In this document: piece after piece, positions 30,550 to 41,182 of the stretch
Numbering within the stretch: position 1 is the first letter of the stretch
Layout: every line of letters starts with the position of its first letter
DNA from: Candidatus Binatia bacterium
GTDB taxonomy: Bacteria; Desulfobacterota; Binatia; Bin18
Length of the DNA stretch: 64,000 nucleotides
Direction of reading: 5' to 3'
Assembly: GCA_963667495.1 (NCBI GenBank)
Contig: OY763426.1
Span: 2,009,039-2,073,038, forward strand
Notes under the pieces: generated by a model
Told to the model about the DNA's origin: nothing
What the model saw: the letters and a program-made list of their open reading frames with translations, nothing else
The model's database searches: none
Translations under genes and position numbers: made by a program

Positions 30550-30720
30550 TCTCACAGTTTCCTTTCCCCACAGCATGCTATCGCCTCGCCTTGAGGCAGA
30601 CATGGGAACGAGAGACGTGATCTTATACAAAATCCAGGCATTCGCCTATCACAAACGACGGCCCGCGCTCCTGACCAGCAGGACACCGCGTGCTATGCTG
30701 ACCCGAGCGAAGGAGCTGGT

Positions 30721-31746
30721 ATGGCAGACAACTCTTCCTCCGGTCGTCGTGTACTGAATCTCGCCCTCAGCCTGGTGGTGAGTGGGGGCTTTCTGTATCT
30801 GGCGTTTCGTAACGTTGCGCTTGATGAATTGGGAGTCGCACTCGGCCGGGTAAGGGCTGACTGGCTGTGCGTCGCCATCGTCGTCAGCCTGCTCATCATG
30901 GTGCTGCGCGCCTGGCGCTGGCAACTGGAACTCCGCCCGCTCGAACATGTGCCGGTCGGCCGGCTGTGGGTCGTGACCTCGGTCGCCTATATGGCCATTA
31001 ATTTGCTCCCGGTGCGCCTGGGCGAGGTCGTGCGCCCCTGGCTCTTATCCCGTCGCTCCCGGGTGTCCATCTCAAACGTGATCGGCAATCTGGTGGTCGA
31101 GAAGATGATGGACTCGATTTGTATCGTCTTCTATTTGCTGGCCGGACTGCTGCTGATTGAAAGCCTGCCCGTGTGGGTCCGTCGCGGTGCTCTGGTTCCG
31201 GCTGTGATTGCCGGCGTCTTCGTGTCCGTGGTTCTGCTGTTTTGGTGGAAAGGTGAGGCGTTTGTTGACCGCTGGGTCCTCCGCCTGCTCCCGGCACGCT
31301 TCGGCGGGCAGGTCAAAGGCGTTCTGGCCGCCATCACCGACGGGATGCGGATTCTGCCCAATCCCGGCCTGCTCCTGGCCGTCTTTGCGGTTTCTCTGAC
31401 CTTGTGGTTCCTGCCTATATTGTCGAGCTATATCATGATCCGCGCCTTTGACCTGTCTGCGCCTTTTAGCGCTGCCTTGGTCATTTTCATTTTTATCAGT
31501 TTTGGCACGGCGCTGCCGAATCTGCCGGGCATGATCGGACCGTATCAATACGCCTGTCAGCTCGCCCTTGGTATCTATGGGGTAAGCGACGCCGACGGCC
31601 TGGCCTACGGCTTGGTCCTCAACGCCGTTCAGTTTCTGACCTTGATTGGTCAGGGGTTAATCGCCCTGCCCATTGCCGGGGTGAGTTTTTCCGATATTCG
31701 ACAGGCGGGTGATCGGCTGGCGCAGCAGAGCGCGGACGCGAGATAG
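30721..31746 (+). CDS. lysylphosphatidylglycerol synthase TM / UPF0104 flippase-like protein
   Basis: RAWRW, NLLPVRLGEVVR, PG.IG; multiple TM segments. Confidence 0.85.
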   Translation: MADNSSSGRRVLNLALSLVVSGGFLYLAFRNVALDELGVALGRVRADWLCVAIVVSLLIMVLRAWRWQLELRPLEHVPVGRLWVVTSVAYMAINLLPVRLGEVVRPWLLSRRSRVSISNVIGNLVVEKMMDSICIVFYLLAGLLLIESLPVWVRRGALVPAVIAGVFVSVVLLFWWKGEAFVDRWVLRLLPARFGGQVKGVLAAITDGMRILPNPGLLLAVFAVSLTLWFLPILSSYIMIRAFDLSAPFSAALVIFIFISFGTALPNLPGMIGPYQYACQLALGIYGVSDADGLAYGLVLNAVQFLTLIGQGLIALPIAGVSFSDIRQAGDRLAQQSADAR

Positions 31747-31787
31747 AGTTCTATATCCCCCTCGACCTGCGGCGGCCCGGTGCGCCG

Positions 31788-33146
31788 TCAGAGCCAGATT
31801 TTCCCCGGATTCAGAATGCCCTTGGGGTCAAAGACGTGTTTAATGCCCTTCATCAGCTCAAGCGCGGCACCGTGTTCTTGGGCAACATATTTCTGGCTGC
31901 CGAGACCAATGCCGTGCTCGCCCGAAGCGGTTCCTCCCAGAGACAGGACATAGGCAACCATCTCATCTTTGGTCCGGTTGGCAGTGGCCCAGCGCTGTTC
32001 GTCCGCCGGGTCTTCGCGCAAGAGGGCGTGCAGAATGCCAAGTCCGGCGTGACCAAAGGTGTGCAAGACAACGTCGTGTCGCTCGGCAATCGCATAGCTC
32101 TGGTCAATCACTTGGGGCAGATACGAGATGGGAAAGCCCATATCGGTGCGGATCGTTTTGGCGCGTGGGTTGAGGGCCTGAATCGCGCGGGTGGTAAAAT
32201 GGCGAATCTCCCACGGATTGCGTCCTCCGGGAAGGACAATCCGTTCGCCCTGGTGCTCTTCACATAAGCTCTGGGCGGTATCGAATACTTCTTCAACCGC
32301 ACTCTCGGAACCGTGGACTTCAAGAAACAACGAGGGCCGCTCGGTGAGACCAAAATCCTGAAAGCGGTTGAGGGCGGCGATCGAACGTCGGTCAAGAAAC
32401 TCGACCGCGGCCAGATCAACCCCGTAGCGCATCATCGCCGCGATCGCGGTCACCGCTGCTTTTTCGGCAGGGAAGGTAAACGCGCCTTGTTTCCGCCCCT
32501 GTGGCAGGCCGACCAGGGAGAGCGTCAGTTCAGTCGCAATGCCCAACGTTCCTTCAGAACCGACCAGCAGCCCCAGCAGATGATAGCCCGATGAGGTTTT
32601 GCGGCTGCGCGTCCCCAGTTCGAGGACTGCGCCGGTACCGGCCACCACGGTAGCGGCTTTGACATGATCGCGCGTCCCGCCGTATTTGACCGAATAGATG
32701 CCACTGGCGTTATTCGCCACCATCCCACCAATCGTGGCCACATCGGAACTACCCCCCGGTGACGGCGGGAAAAACAAGCCATAGGCTTTGAGCTGGTCAT
32801 TCAGATCGTTGTAGACCATACCAGGCTGAACCGTGACCTGAAGGTCCTCTGCATGTACGCTCACAACGCGGTCCATGCGTGAGAGGTCCACCACGATCCC
32901 GCCCCGGACCGGAATCGGATTGCCTTCCAGGCTCGATCCCGCTCCTCGGGCCGTCAGCGCTAGCGCCTGCTCATAAGCATAGTGCACGACCCGGCGGACG
33001 TCCTCGGTCGTCTGTGGCCAGACAACGACGTCGGGGAACGTCGGCGGACAGGCCGACTCGTCGTGTGAGGCAAGCTCCAGGTCGGCGGGCCGGGTGGAAA
33101 CCTGCGCCGAGGAAAGCAGCGCTGCCAAGTCTTGTGTGAGAGACAT
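31788..33146 (-). CDS. FAD-linked oxidase (GlcD/D-lactate dehydrogenase family)
   Basis: RGAGSSLEG, TIGGMVANNASG, GSEGTLG, GEHGIG, DPKGILNPGK. Confidence 0.9.
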   Translation of the reverse strand: MSLTQDLAALLSSAQVSTRPADLELASHDESACPPTFPDVVVWPQTTEDVRRVVHYAYEQALALTARGAGSSLEGNPIPVRGGIVVDLSRMDRVVSVHAEDLQVTVQPGMVYNDLNDQLKAYGLFFPPSPGGSSDVATIGGMVANNASGIYSVKYGGTRDHVKAATVVAGTGAVLELGTRSRKTSSGYHLLGLLVGSEGTLGIATELTLSLVGLPQGRKQGAFTFPAEKAAVTAIAAMMRYGVDLAAVEFLDRRSIAALNRFQDFGLTERPSLFLEVHGSESAVEEVFDTAQSLCEEHQGERIVLPGGRNPWEIRHFTTRAIQALNPRAKTIRTDMGFPISYLPQVIDQSYAIAERHDVVLHTFGHAGLGILHALLREDPADEQRWATANRTKDEMVAYVLSLGGTASGEHGIGLGSQKYVAQEHGAALELMKGIKHVFDPKGILNPGKIWL

Positions 33147-33150
33147 GGGG

Positions 33151-35019
33151 TTACCCGAAAGGTTGATCGATGGCAGCAGAGAGCAGCCCGTCGTCGCGAC
33201 GTTTGGGCCGCCTGTTCTGGGCTAACACCTTCTTGCGCAGGCGGATGGACAGCGGTGTGACTTCGACCAATTCGTCCGCGGCAATCCATTCCAGGGCATC
33301 TTCCAAGTCCAGGTCTTTATACGGAACGAGGCGCACTGCCTCATCGCGGCCCGCAGCACGCACATTAGTCAGCTTCTTCTCCCGGCACACGTTCACATCG
33401 AGATCCTTGTCGCGCGCATTCTCTCCGACCACCATGCCTTCATACACACGTGTGCCGGCCGGGATAAAGAAGACCCCACGCTCCTGCAAATGAAAAAGCG
33501 AATAGGGCGTGGCCGGTCCCTCACGGTCTGCCACCAGGGCGCCGTTAGTCCGATTCTGGATCGGGCCGTGCCAAGCGGCATAGCCATTGAAGAGTGTATG
33601 CATAATGCCCGTGCCACGAGTCTCCGTCAGAAAACGCGACCGAAAGCCGATCAAACCGCGCGAGGGAACGGAGAACTCCAGACAGACCCGGCCCGATTCC
33701 GGGGGGGCCATATTAGTCAGCAACCCTTTCCGCTGGGCCATGAGTTGAGAGACCTGGCCGACATAGTCTTCCTGGACATCGATGGATACCAGTTCCATGG
33801 GTTCCTGGAGTCGCCCCTCAAGGTCTTTCACAATGACCGTCGGCTTGGAAACCTGGAGTTCGTAGCCTTCCCGGCGCATGGTTTCAATCACCACCGAGAG
33901 CTGGAGTTCGCCCCGCCCCATGACCCGAAGGGCATCCGGGGAATCGGTCTCTTCCACGCGCAGACTCACGTTTTTATGCACCTCGGCGAAGAGCCGTTCG
34001 CGGATACGGCGCGATGTCACATATTGCCCTTCGCGACCCGCCCAAGGACTGGTGTTCACCCCGAAGATCATGGCCAGCGTCGGATCGTCAATCCGAATCG
34101 TGGGCAGGGCGACCGGATTGTCACTATCAGAGATCGTCTCTCCGATCTGAATCTCTTCAATACCGGCCACCGCGACGATGTCGCCGGCCTGCGCCGATGC
34201 GATCTCGTGCCGTTTGAGCCCCTGCCAACTGTACAGTTGGGCGACTTTACACGGCAGGCGGGAACCATCGTCGCGACACAGCGTATAGGCGGCCATGCTC
34301 TGCAACTCGCCCTGGATAATACGCCCGATAGCGATCCGACCGACATACTCATTATAGTCCAGGTTGTTCACGTGGAATTGAACGGGACCGTCCAGCGCAT
34401 AGGCCGGACCGGGCAGGGCCGAGACAATCAGCTCAAAGAGCGGCTGAAGATTCTGCCCCTCTTCGTCCAGGTCACGTTTGGCTATCCCGGCCCGGGCATT
34501 GGTGTATACCACGGGAAACGCGACCTGCTCGTCCGAGGCGTCGAGATCGATGAAGAGGTCATAGATGGCATCCAGCACGGTGGCGACCCGTGCGTCCTGC
34601 CGGTCAATTTTATTAATGCAGACAATCGAGGGCAGCCCGGCTTCCAGGGCTTTCTTCAGGACAAAGCGTGTCTGGGGCAGCGGACCTTCCGAGGCATCCA
34701 CCAAGAGCATCACTCCATCGACCATGGCCAGCGAGCGCTCGACCTCGCCGCCAAAATCCGCGTGGCCCGGCGTATCGACAAAATTGATTTTCACGCCCTG
34801 ATGCGAGAGCGCCGCGTTCTTGGCCAGGATGGTGATGCCGCGTTCGCGCTCCAGCGCAAACGAGTCCATCACCCGCTCTGCTACCTGTTCATTATCCCGA
34901 AAGGTACCGCTCTGTTTGAGCAGGGCGTCAATGAGGGTGGTTTTGCCATGATCGACATGGGCGATAATGGCGACGTTTCGAATATCATCACGCCGGGGCG
35001 TGCCGTTGTGCAAAATCAT
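33151..35019 (-). CDS. typA: translational GTPase TypA/BipA
   Basis: [46 protein letters not shown]. Confidence 0.96.
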   Translation of the reverse strand: MILHNGTPRRDDIRNVAIIAHVDHGKTTLIDALLKQSGTFRDNEQVAERVMDSFALERERGITILAKNAALSHQGVKINFVDTPGHADFGGEVERSLAMVDGVMLLVDASEGPLPQTRFVLKKALEAGLPSIVCINKIDRQDARVATVLDAIYDLFIDLDASDEQVAFPVVYTNARAGIAKRDLDEEGQNLQPLFELIVSALPGPAYALDGPVQFHVNNLDYNEYVGRIAIGRIIQGELQSMAAYTLCRDDGSRLPCKVAQLYSWQGLKRHEIASAQAGDIVAVAGIEEIQIGETISDSDNPVALPTIRIDDPTLAMIFGVNTSPWAGREGQYVTSRRIRERLFAEVHKNVSLRVEETDSPDALRVMGRGELQLSVVIETMRREGYELQVSKPTVIVKDLEGRLQEPMELVSIDVQEDYVGQVSQLMAQRKGLLTNMAPPESGRVCLEFSVPSRGLIGFRSRFLTETRGTGIMHTLFNGYAAWHGPIQNRTNGALVADREGPATPYSLFHLQERGVFFIPAGTRVYEGMVVGENARDKDLDVNVCREKKLTNVRAAGRDEAVRLVPYKDLDLEDALEWIAADELVEVTPLSIRLRKKVLAQNRRPKRRDDGLLSAAIDQPFG

Positions 35020-35308
35020 ATCCTCCCTACACGTTCACTTTTTCCCTATGAATCCGGACTTCAAGGCATACTCCTGAAAAGCCGTAGCGGGTCCGGATTA
35101 CTCACTTCGTTGTATTCAGCCGGCATGGCCAAACCAGAACGGGGGTGTCAAGTAGGATCACAGCCTGTCGTCCTGAGTCATGCTAACCATTGCGTTCCAT
35201 ACAGCCATGACCGTACAGTGCCGCTCGGTGCGGCGCAACGTGACCGGCGCCGTACTAGTTCTACACCCGTGGTGCCATGTCCCACACAGTCTTGCTCTTC
35301 TGGCCGTA

Positions 35309-35886
35309 TCAACGGAAGTGTACAAAGCTGAAGCGCTTCTCCTTCAAATCAGCCAAGAATGGCTGACCCTCATTTCTGAGCGTTTCTTTCCTCCATACCT
35401 GAAAGATCAAAAGCCAAAAGCGGTCCTGTTCTCGAGTCTCCCCACCTTTAAGTTTTTCCGCCCGTTCTCGGAGTGTTCCTTTCCTTTATAATTTATATGG
35501 AAAATGCGCTTACTTGAAGTTTTACGGACAAAAATGCGGCTCACTGGCGTCTTCGGTTTTGCACAGTGTCTTTTGATTTTCACCCAATGCCGCTTCAGAG
35601 CTAAGCACTGGACAATATAGCTTTCAGGGTGGGGAACCCCCATATGACGAGGGATGTTGATTTCACGTAACGCTTCGTAGCGAATGAAGTCGTGGCTCGT
35701 TTTAAAAATATTTTTCAACTTGCTTTCATTGTTTTCCGTGATTAGCGCTAGAAGATTTTTTGGTATGAGTTTGGAAAGTCCTTCGGAGGTAAAGCAGGGT
35801 AGAAGCTTCTCACCGAATAGACCATAGTCAACCAAGCCTACGAACGCCTCGTCCTCCGAAAGACCGCGTCCTGTTGTTTGCCGCAT
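35309..35886 (-). pseudogene. Abi/UG (DRT4-like) reverse transcriptase remnant with the catalytic core deleted
   Basis: N-terminal GLFGEKLLPCFTSE and RHMGVPHPESY; a second frame gives DRFWLLIFQ...FLADLKEKRFSF* ending at 35309; no YxDD; AT-rich. Confidence 0.55.
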
Positions 35887-35987
35887 GGATGTAATATTAC
35901 TCCTGTCGTCTCAGTGTTCATCGGTGTAGTTTCCCCTTACCTCGGCATAGTGTTTGCGGGATGGTGGGTCACAGGCGAACCCTTCGT

Positions 35988-36386
35988 TTACGAGCGGGAC
36001 GGTACGATAATGTCGCACCGAGGGCCACTAGCGCGGCTGAGCCGGCGGTCCAGCGTCATCAGCGGACAGTCGAGTGTCTCGGCCAGGGCCACATACCAGG
36101 CGTCGTAGCTGGTCAGGTTAGCCCGTAAGGCCCAGACGCGCTCGGCAAAGGGCGCGAAGGGGAATAACTCAAGGGCAAGCAGCAAGTCTCTGTGTGCGCT
36201 TGTCGCCTCAAGACGCGATATTTCGCCGGCGAGTTCCAGGCGGCGCAGAATATTGCTGGCCTCAACCAAGGCCAACTCTGGCCCGGCCAAGGGACCTTCG
36301 GCCAGGGCCACCTCCGCCCATTGCCCAGCCTGCCCCGCATCGACCAAGGCAGCGACAAGCACGGACGCATCAACGACTCTCGTCAT
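35988..36386 (-). CDS. vapC: VapC PIN-domain toxin
   Basis: VVDASV, EASN, NLTSYDAWYVALAE, TLDRRL. Confidence 0.9.
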   Translation of the reverse strand: MTRVVDASVLVAALVDAGQAGQWAEVALAEGPLAGPELALVEASNILRRLELAGEISRLEATSAHRDLLLALELFPFAPFAERVWALRANLTSYDAWYVALAETLDCPLMTLDRRLSRASGPRCDIIVPSRS

Positions 36387-36619
36387 GTTCGGTCCGCATC
36401 ACGGGCGTGCAGAATACTGGCCGGGCGGACATGGGTTCCTGCAGCGTCCTTGCGGTCGCGCACCCCTTGTAACCATTCGTCAACAGTGGGCCGGGACGCG
36501 AGGCGCTCCAGCTCCCCGCGCAGGAATTCCTGCATGGACTGGTGCTGCCGTGCGGCACGCGCCGCGAGTATGTCGCGCACAGTCTCGGGGACGCCTCGTA
36601 TCGTAATTTGGACTGGCAT
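36383..36619 (-). CDS. FitA/VapB-like RHH antitoxin
   Basis: ITIRGVPE.V...L..RA....SMQEFL; overlaps vapC by 4 bp. Confidence 0.85.
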   Translation of the reverse strand: MPVQITIRGVPETVRDILAARAARQHQSMQEFLRGELERLASRPTVDEWLQGVRDRKDAAGTHVRPASILHARDADRT

Positions 36620-36661
36620 GACAGCATTACACCATCGTTGACAGCAGACTGCAATCAACCC

Positions 36662-37435
36662 CTACACCATGTATTTCACCATCCCGCCGTCGATGTCATA
36701 GGCTGCGCCCGTAATAAAACTCGCCCGCTCTGATGCCAGAAAGGTCACCAGGCTGGCAATCTCTTCGGGACGACCGAAACGACCCAGCGGGATGTTTGCC
36801 TGAGCAAACCCTTCGATCATGCCATCCGGGTCTTCAGGATTGATTATCTTTGCGGCATTCTCCCACAGCGGAGTCCAAACCGGCCCCAGACACACGACAT
36901 TGACCAGGACGTTGTCTTTGGCGACTTCATCCGCCAGGGTTTTGGTCAGGCTAATCACCGCCGCCTTGGTCGCATTATAATCAATCATCCTCCCGCCAGG
37001 CTGCTTGCCGAAGATCGACGAGACGTTGATAATCCGGCCCCAGCGCTGCTCGCGCATGCGTGGCAGGGCAAGACGGGAGCAGCGCAGCACGCTAAAAAGA
37101 TTCGCGTCGATATTTTCCTGCCAGGCTTCATCCGGCAGATCGAGCAATTGACTCAAATGCGTCCCCCCGGCGTTATTGACCAGAATATCGAGGCGTCCGA
37201 ATCGCTCTTCGGCTGCGGCAAAGAGCTTTTCGATGTCCGCCAGCTGGGTCATATCGGCCTGTATCGTCAGCACCTCAGAGTCCAGCTCGCGCGCGGCCTG
37301 GTCGAGCTGCTCCCGGTTGCGGGCACACAGCGCAACTTTCACTCCTTCTCGAAGAAAATTCTCCGCAATGGCGCGGCCAATGCCATAACTCGCGCCGGTG
37401 ATGATTGCCACACGGTCCTGTAGACCAAAGTCCAT
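36662..37435 (-). CDS. SDR family oxidoreductase
   Basis: TGASYGIG, NNAG, YNATK, PLGRFG. Confidence 0.93.
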   Translation of the reverse strand: MDFGLQDRVAIITGASYGIGRAIAENFLREGVKVALCARNREQLDQAARELDSEVLTIQADMTQLADIEKLFAAAEERFGRLDILVNNAGGTHLSQLLDLPDEAWQENIDANLFSVLRCSRLALPRMREQRWGRIINVSSIFGKQPGGRMIDYNATKAAVISLTKTLADEVAKDNVLVNVVCLGPVWTPLWENAAKIINPEDPDGMIEGFAQANIPLGRFGRPEEIASLVTFLASERASFITGAAYDIDGGMVKYMV

Positions 37436-37641
37436 ATGCCCCTCCTAAATAGTGCCGAATGCGAGACTGCCCGAGTTGATTGCGCGCGCTCACTGTCCTG
37501 GCATTACGGAGCATGTCAAGAGAGAAAAAATGGATCTATCGCCGGTGGCGCGGTGCCGTTGCGCGTCTCGCCCAGGAAGCGCAAGATGTAGCAGAACTTG
37601 TCGCGGCGCACGAACGCGCGCCTGCTGCCGTACTGCTATTC

Positions 37642-38400
37642 ATGCTGAAAGCTGTTTTTTTTGATTTTGATGGCACCCTGGCTGACGATGGGGTAACGAT
37701 TGATCAGGCCCTCAAGGCGGCGTGTGGGGTGATATGCCAACGCTGGCCGGCCCTCGGGGCGGCGGCGCTTGAATCAACCTACCGCCAGGTCTCCGACCGC
37801 GCCTGGGGAGATTATGATCGCTACCTGCGCCCCCTGGGGTCAGCGGAGGCCATGCTCGCCTCCCTGTGGCGGCAGACACTTGAACGGTTTGGCCGCTACG
37901 ATGAAGGAGTCGCACACGCCGCGGCCACGACCTATTGGCAGCGGCGTTTACACCGTTGTCAACCGTATCCCGATGTGTTGCCCTTCCTGGCGGACCTGAC
38001 CCAGCGCTTTCATGTGAGTCTACTCACCAACGGCGCACCCAGCATGCAGCGGGCAAAAGTACACGCCTCCGGTCTCCAGGCGTATTTCCGCGATATCTTT
38101 GTCGGTGGTGAATTTGACCAAGGCAAACCCGCCCCTTTTATCTTCTCTGCCGCTCTCAACGCTGCCAACTGCCGTCCCGAAGAAGCCGTGTATATCGGCG
38201 ACTCTCTGTTGCACGATGTTGTTGGCGCCCGAAAAAGTGGTCTGCACAGCGTCTGGCTCAATCGGAAGAGGCAGCCCAGACGCGAGGTGATTCAAGCGTA
38301 TACGCAGGGCGTCCAGGGTGAGGCCCTCGACCAGTTGGCCCAGCCCGATTTTGAGATTACCCAGCTCTCGGCCCTGCCAGCCTGCCTCGACCAACTCTAG
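37642..38400 (+). CDS. HAD-family hydrolase
   Basis: FDFDGTL, LTNG, KP, IGDS..HD. Confidence 0.88.
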   Translation: MLKAVFFDFDGTLADDGVTIDQALKAACGVICQRWPALGAAALESTYRQVSDRAWGDYDRYLRPLGSAEAMLASLWRQTLERFGRYDEGVAHAAATTYWQRRLHRCQPYPDVLPFLADLTQRFHVSLLTNGAPSMQRAKVHASGLQAYFRDIFVGGEFDQGKPAPFIFSAALNAANCRPEEAVYIGDSLLHDVVGARKSGLHSVWLNRKRQPRREVIQAYTQGVQGEALDQLAQPDFEITQLSALPACLDQL

Positions 38401-38492
38401 GGACTCTCTGGATTGTTCTCTTCTGCTCCTTTACCCTTGCCCGAACTGCTGCCCACTGATAGCTGATGCACTGCGAGCCAGAAGAGACCGGC

Positions 38493-39056
38493 ATGGAAAA
38501 AAACGCCTACAAAATCCTGTTGTTCAATTATTATCGGGATGCCGAATTACGCGGGGCAGACTTGATCCTGCGTCTCATCAACCTTGCGGAGAACCAGAAC
38601 ATTCAAGAAAAGCTGGCCCGTCATCTCGCTGATGCGACCAATCACGCCTGGCTCTGGACCGAGCGTATTCTGGCGCTTGGCGGCGAGCCTATACGGATTG
38701 ATAATGGCTACCACCGTCAACTCCGGCGCAAGGCCGGTCTGCCGGCGAATTTTCTTGACCTGCTGGCGCTCACCTGCGTGGTGGCCGAGCGCGCACACAA
38801 CCGCTATGCGGAACATGCCGCCCGGTCCGATGTCGCTCCGGAGACGCTCAAGGTTCTGTACGAGATGCAGGCGGATGAGAAAGCCCACCTGACCTGGATT
38901 ATGGAAAAGATCGCCGAACTTGAAGCCAAAGAGGGCAAGGAAAAGGTGGACTCTTCCCTCCGGCGCTATCGGGAGATTGAGGCGGCTGTTTTTGCCGACA
39001 TGCAACAAGAGGAACAGCGTGCCCTCGCCCAGGTTGGGCCGGACGAAACCGTCTGA
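38493..39056 (+). CDS. ferritin-like domain protein
   Basis: YRDAELRG, HLADATNHAWLW, DEKAH; helical. Confidence 0.75.
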   Translation: MEKNAYKILLFNYYRDAELRGADLILRLINLAENQNIQEKLARHLADATNHAWLWTERILALGGEPIRIDNGYHRQLRRKAGLPANFLDLLALTCVVAERAHNRYAEHAARSDVAPETLKVLYEMQADEKAHLTWIMEKIAELEAKEGKEKVDSSLRRYREIEAAVFADMQQEEQRALAQVGPDETV

Positions 39057-39071
39057 GGCTGCGCGAGCCGC

Positions 39072-40664
39072 TCAAATCTTCTTTTTCTGGTTTGCCACGT
39101 AGTCGACCAGGAGATATTCCCCCAGATTGTCCGGGCGGGTGTAAAAGGCGCGCCCACGGTTCATCTTGGTCATTTTGTCCACAAAGGTGCGCAGGCTCGG
39201 GCTGTCGTCGAGCATGAAGGTATTGATCGTAACCCCCCGCTTGGTGACTTTCTCTACTTCTCGCAGGGTTTCCTGCGCCGCCCGCATACTGATTCCCCCA
39301 AAAGACAACGGCCATTCGCAGTACAGCCGGCCCCGAGAGAAATAGGCGGTGGGCTGGCCATCCGTCACCACGATGATGTGTTGATTATGACCGGGGTGGC
39401 GACGCAGCAGGTCGCCGGCAAGACGCAGGCCGTCCTGGAGGTTGGTGAACGGGTCGCCCATATTCCAGCTCGCCTCAGGCAGGTCTTTGACCTTGAGTTC
39501 CACGGCCCGAGTAAAAAAACCGACAATCGAGAAATAATCACGCGGATAGCGGGTGCGGATCAAACTCTCCAGCGCCAGCGCGACCTTTTTCGCCGCCCCG
39601 AAACGACCTTCCCAACTCATGGACCAGCTCATATCGAGCAGGAGGACGGTCGATGTGGTGGTCGTGTGGTCGGTATCGAAGATCGTAAAATCTCCCGGTT
39701 GGATAGATATGGGAACGCCCGTGTTGCGCTGTATGGACTTTTTGAGCGTCCCGACCAGGTCGAGATGCATTGGGTCACCGTACTGGTAGGGCCGGGTTTC
39801 GTCCATTTTGATCTCGGCTACGCCACGATGGTCTGTCGCGTGTGAGCCGTTCCGGTCGCGTAGCAGATTGGTATAGATGTCTTGCAGGGCGAGCTGGCCA
39901 ATCCGCCGTACGCCCTTGGGCGACAACTGCACCCGGCCCTCGCGGGAGATCAAAAACCCGGCTTCTTCCAATAAGGACTGCATCTGCTGGAGGTTCTGGA
40001 AGTCCTGGCTGGCGGCCTGGCCGATCAATTCCTGGAGCTGTTCCGGGTCGATCTTCTCCGGCTGGCCGGACAGCAGGTTTTGCTCCATCTCCTGCAACTG
40101 CTCCATCTCCTCCATCAGTTCCAGCGCCTCTTGATAGCTCAGCGGGCGTGGCCCATTGAACAGATCGTTGAAACGGCGCTGGAAGTTCTCCAGTGAGCTA
40201 ATATTGTCAAACTCCTGCATGAGTTCGTCAAACGCGGCTTGGGCGGCCTTGTCTTCGAACTCATAGTTCGACAGCTTCTCCATTTTCTCGCTCAGGCGCT
40301 GCGGCAACTGCTGGAGAAACTGCTCCTTCTCTTCGAGTTCGGGCTGCTGAGGCCGCTTCTGCTCCAGCGTGCGCTGCTCTTGATTCAAAATGGAGTCCAG
40401 CCGGTCCTGCATCTCATCGAGCGAGGAGCGCATATTGGACTCACGGTAGCGTTTGCGCATCTCCTCGCGCAGGTCACGCACGAGATCGTCCAGACCTTTG
40501 AGCTTATCGTCCTCCTCCCCGAGACCCTGGCGCATGAGCTGCTCCAGCGCCTTTTGCATATCATCCGTCGAGGACAGATGTTCGGCCAGCTCTTCGAAGA
40601 TTTTGTCGGCAGACAGCCGGACCCGTTGGCTGCCATCCCAGTCGGTATAGCGAATGGTGATCAT
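39072..40664 (-). CDS. VWA domain-containing protein (partner of the AAA ATPase)
   Basis: RYTDWDG start, MIDAS DMSWS, TNLQ, VTDGQP. Confidence 0.88.
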   Translation of the reverse strand: MITIRYTDWDGSQRVRLSADKIFEELAEHLSSTDDMQKALEQLMRQGLGEEDDKLKGLDDLVRDLREEMRKRYRESNMRSSLDEMQDRLDSILNQEQRTLEQKRPQQPELEEKEQFLQQLPQRLSEKMEKLSNYEFEDKAAQAAFDELMQEFDNISSLENFQRRFNDLFNGPRPLSYQEALELMEEMEQLQEMEQNLLSGQPEKIDPEQLQELIGQAASQDFQNLQQMQSLLEEAGFLISREGRVQLSPKGVRRIGQLALQDIYTNLLRDRNGSHATDHRGVAEIKMDETRPYQYGDPMHLDLVGTLKKSIQRNTGVPISIQPGDFTIFDTDHTTTTSTVLLLDMSWSMSWEGRFGAAKKVALALESLIRTRYPRDYFSIVGFFTRAVELKVKDLPEASWNMGDPFTNLQDGLRLAGDLLRRHPGHNQHIIVVTDGQPTAYFSRGRLYCEWPLSFGGISMRAAQETLREVEKVTKRGVTINTFMLDDSPSLRTFVDKMTKMNRGRAFYTRPDNLGEYLLVDYVANQKKKI

Positions 40665-40818
40665 GTCAGTCTGGAAGCACGGTCACGGAATGCCGGGATC
40701 ATAGAGCAACCCGCCCGCCTTTACTATACCCGCAGCCCGGCGGAGCGAGGCTAAAGGGGACCGCGCTATCTCTCGGCTCGCCCGGTCTCAGAGCGACCCT
40801 TATTTGAACGTCGGGCTG

Positions 40819-41067
40819 TTACCGCGACAGGCGCACGTTCGCTTCCCAGATATCTGCCTCCAGAACCGGCTCAACAATATCTCCATGAATTTTCACAGTT
40901 CCGAATAAGGCATCCTGCGGGTAGCCGTCTTGTCTGGGAACAGGCCGAACAAGCTGGGCAACTGGCTTACCGTGTTTCGTAATGATTATTGCCTGCCTGG
41001 TTTGTATGTCCTTGTCGAGAATAGCCAAACATTTTGCCTTGAACTCCGACGCACTGATTTCTCGCAT
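40819..41067 (-). CDS. Phd/YefM family antitoxin (orphan)
   Basis: ISASEFKAKCL, IITKHGKPVAQL, GDIVEP. Confidence 0.85.
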   Translation of the reverse strand: MREISASEFKAKCLAILDKDIQTRQAIIITKHGKPVAQLVRPVPRQDGYPQDALFGTVKIHGDIVEPVLEADIWEANVRLSR

Positions 41068-41132
41068 GGGGCTAGATTATATGGCCGACAAATTGAATCA
41101 ACGCAGAATATTCTCACTTGGAGTTTTTCGTA

Positions 41133-41169
41133 TTGACATTGTCAGATATTTTTAGTATTCAATCTGACA
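41133..41169 (+). promoter_or_regulatory. sigma70-like promoter with overlapping palindromic operator
   Basis: TTGACA at 41133-41138; candidate -10 TATTCA at 41156-41161 (17-bp spacer); inverted repeat TGTCAGAT(41140-41147)-N14-ATCTGACA(41162-41169). Confidence 0.65.
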
Positions 41170-41182
41170 TAAGAGAATTAGA

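Noticed and set aside
33490-35331. 613-aa ORF on the + strand
   Set aside because: Antisense shadow of typA, typical of high-GC DNA; no motifs.
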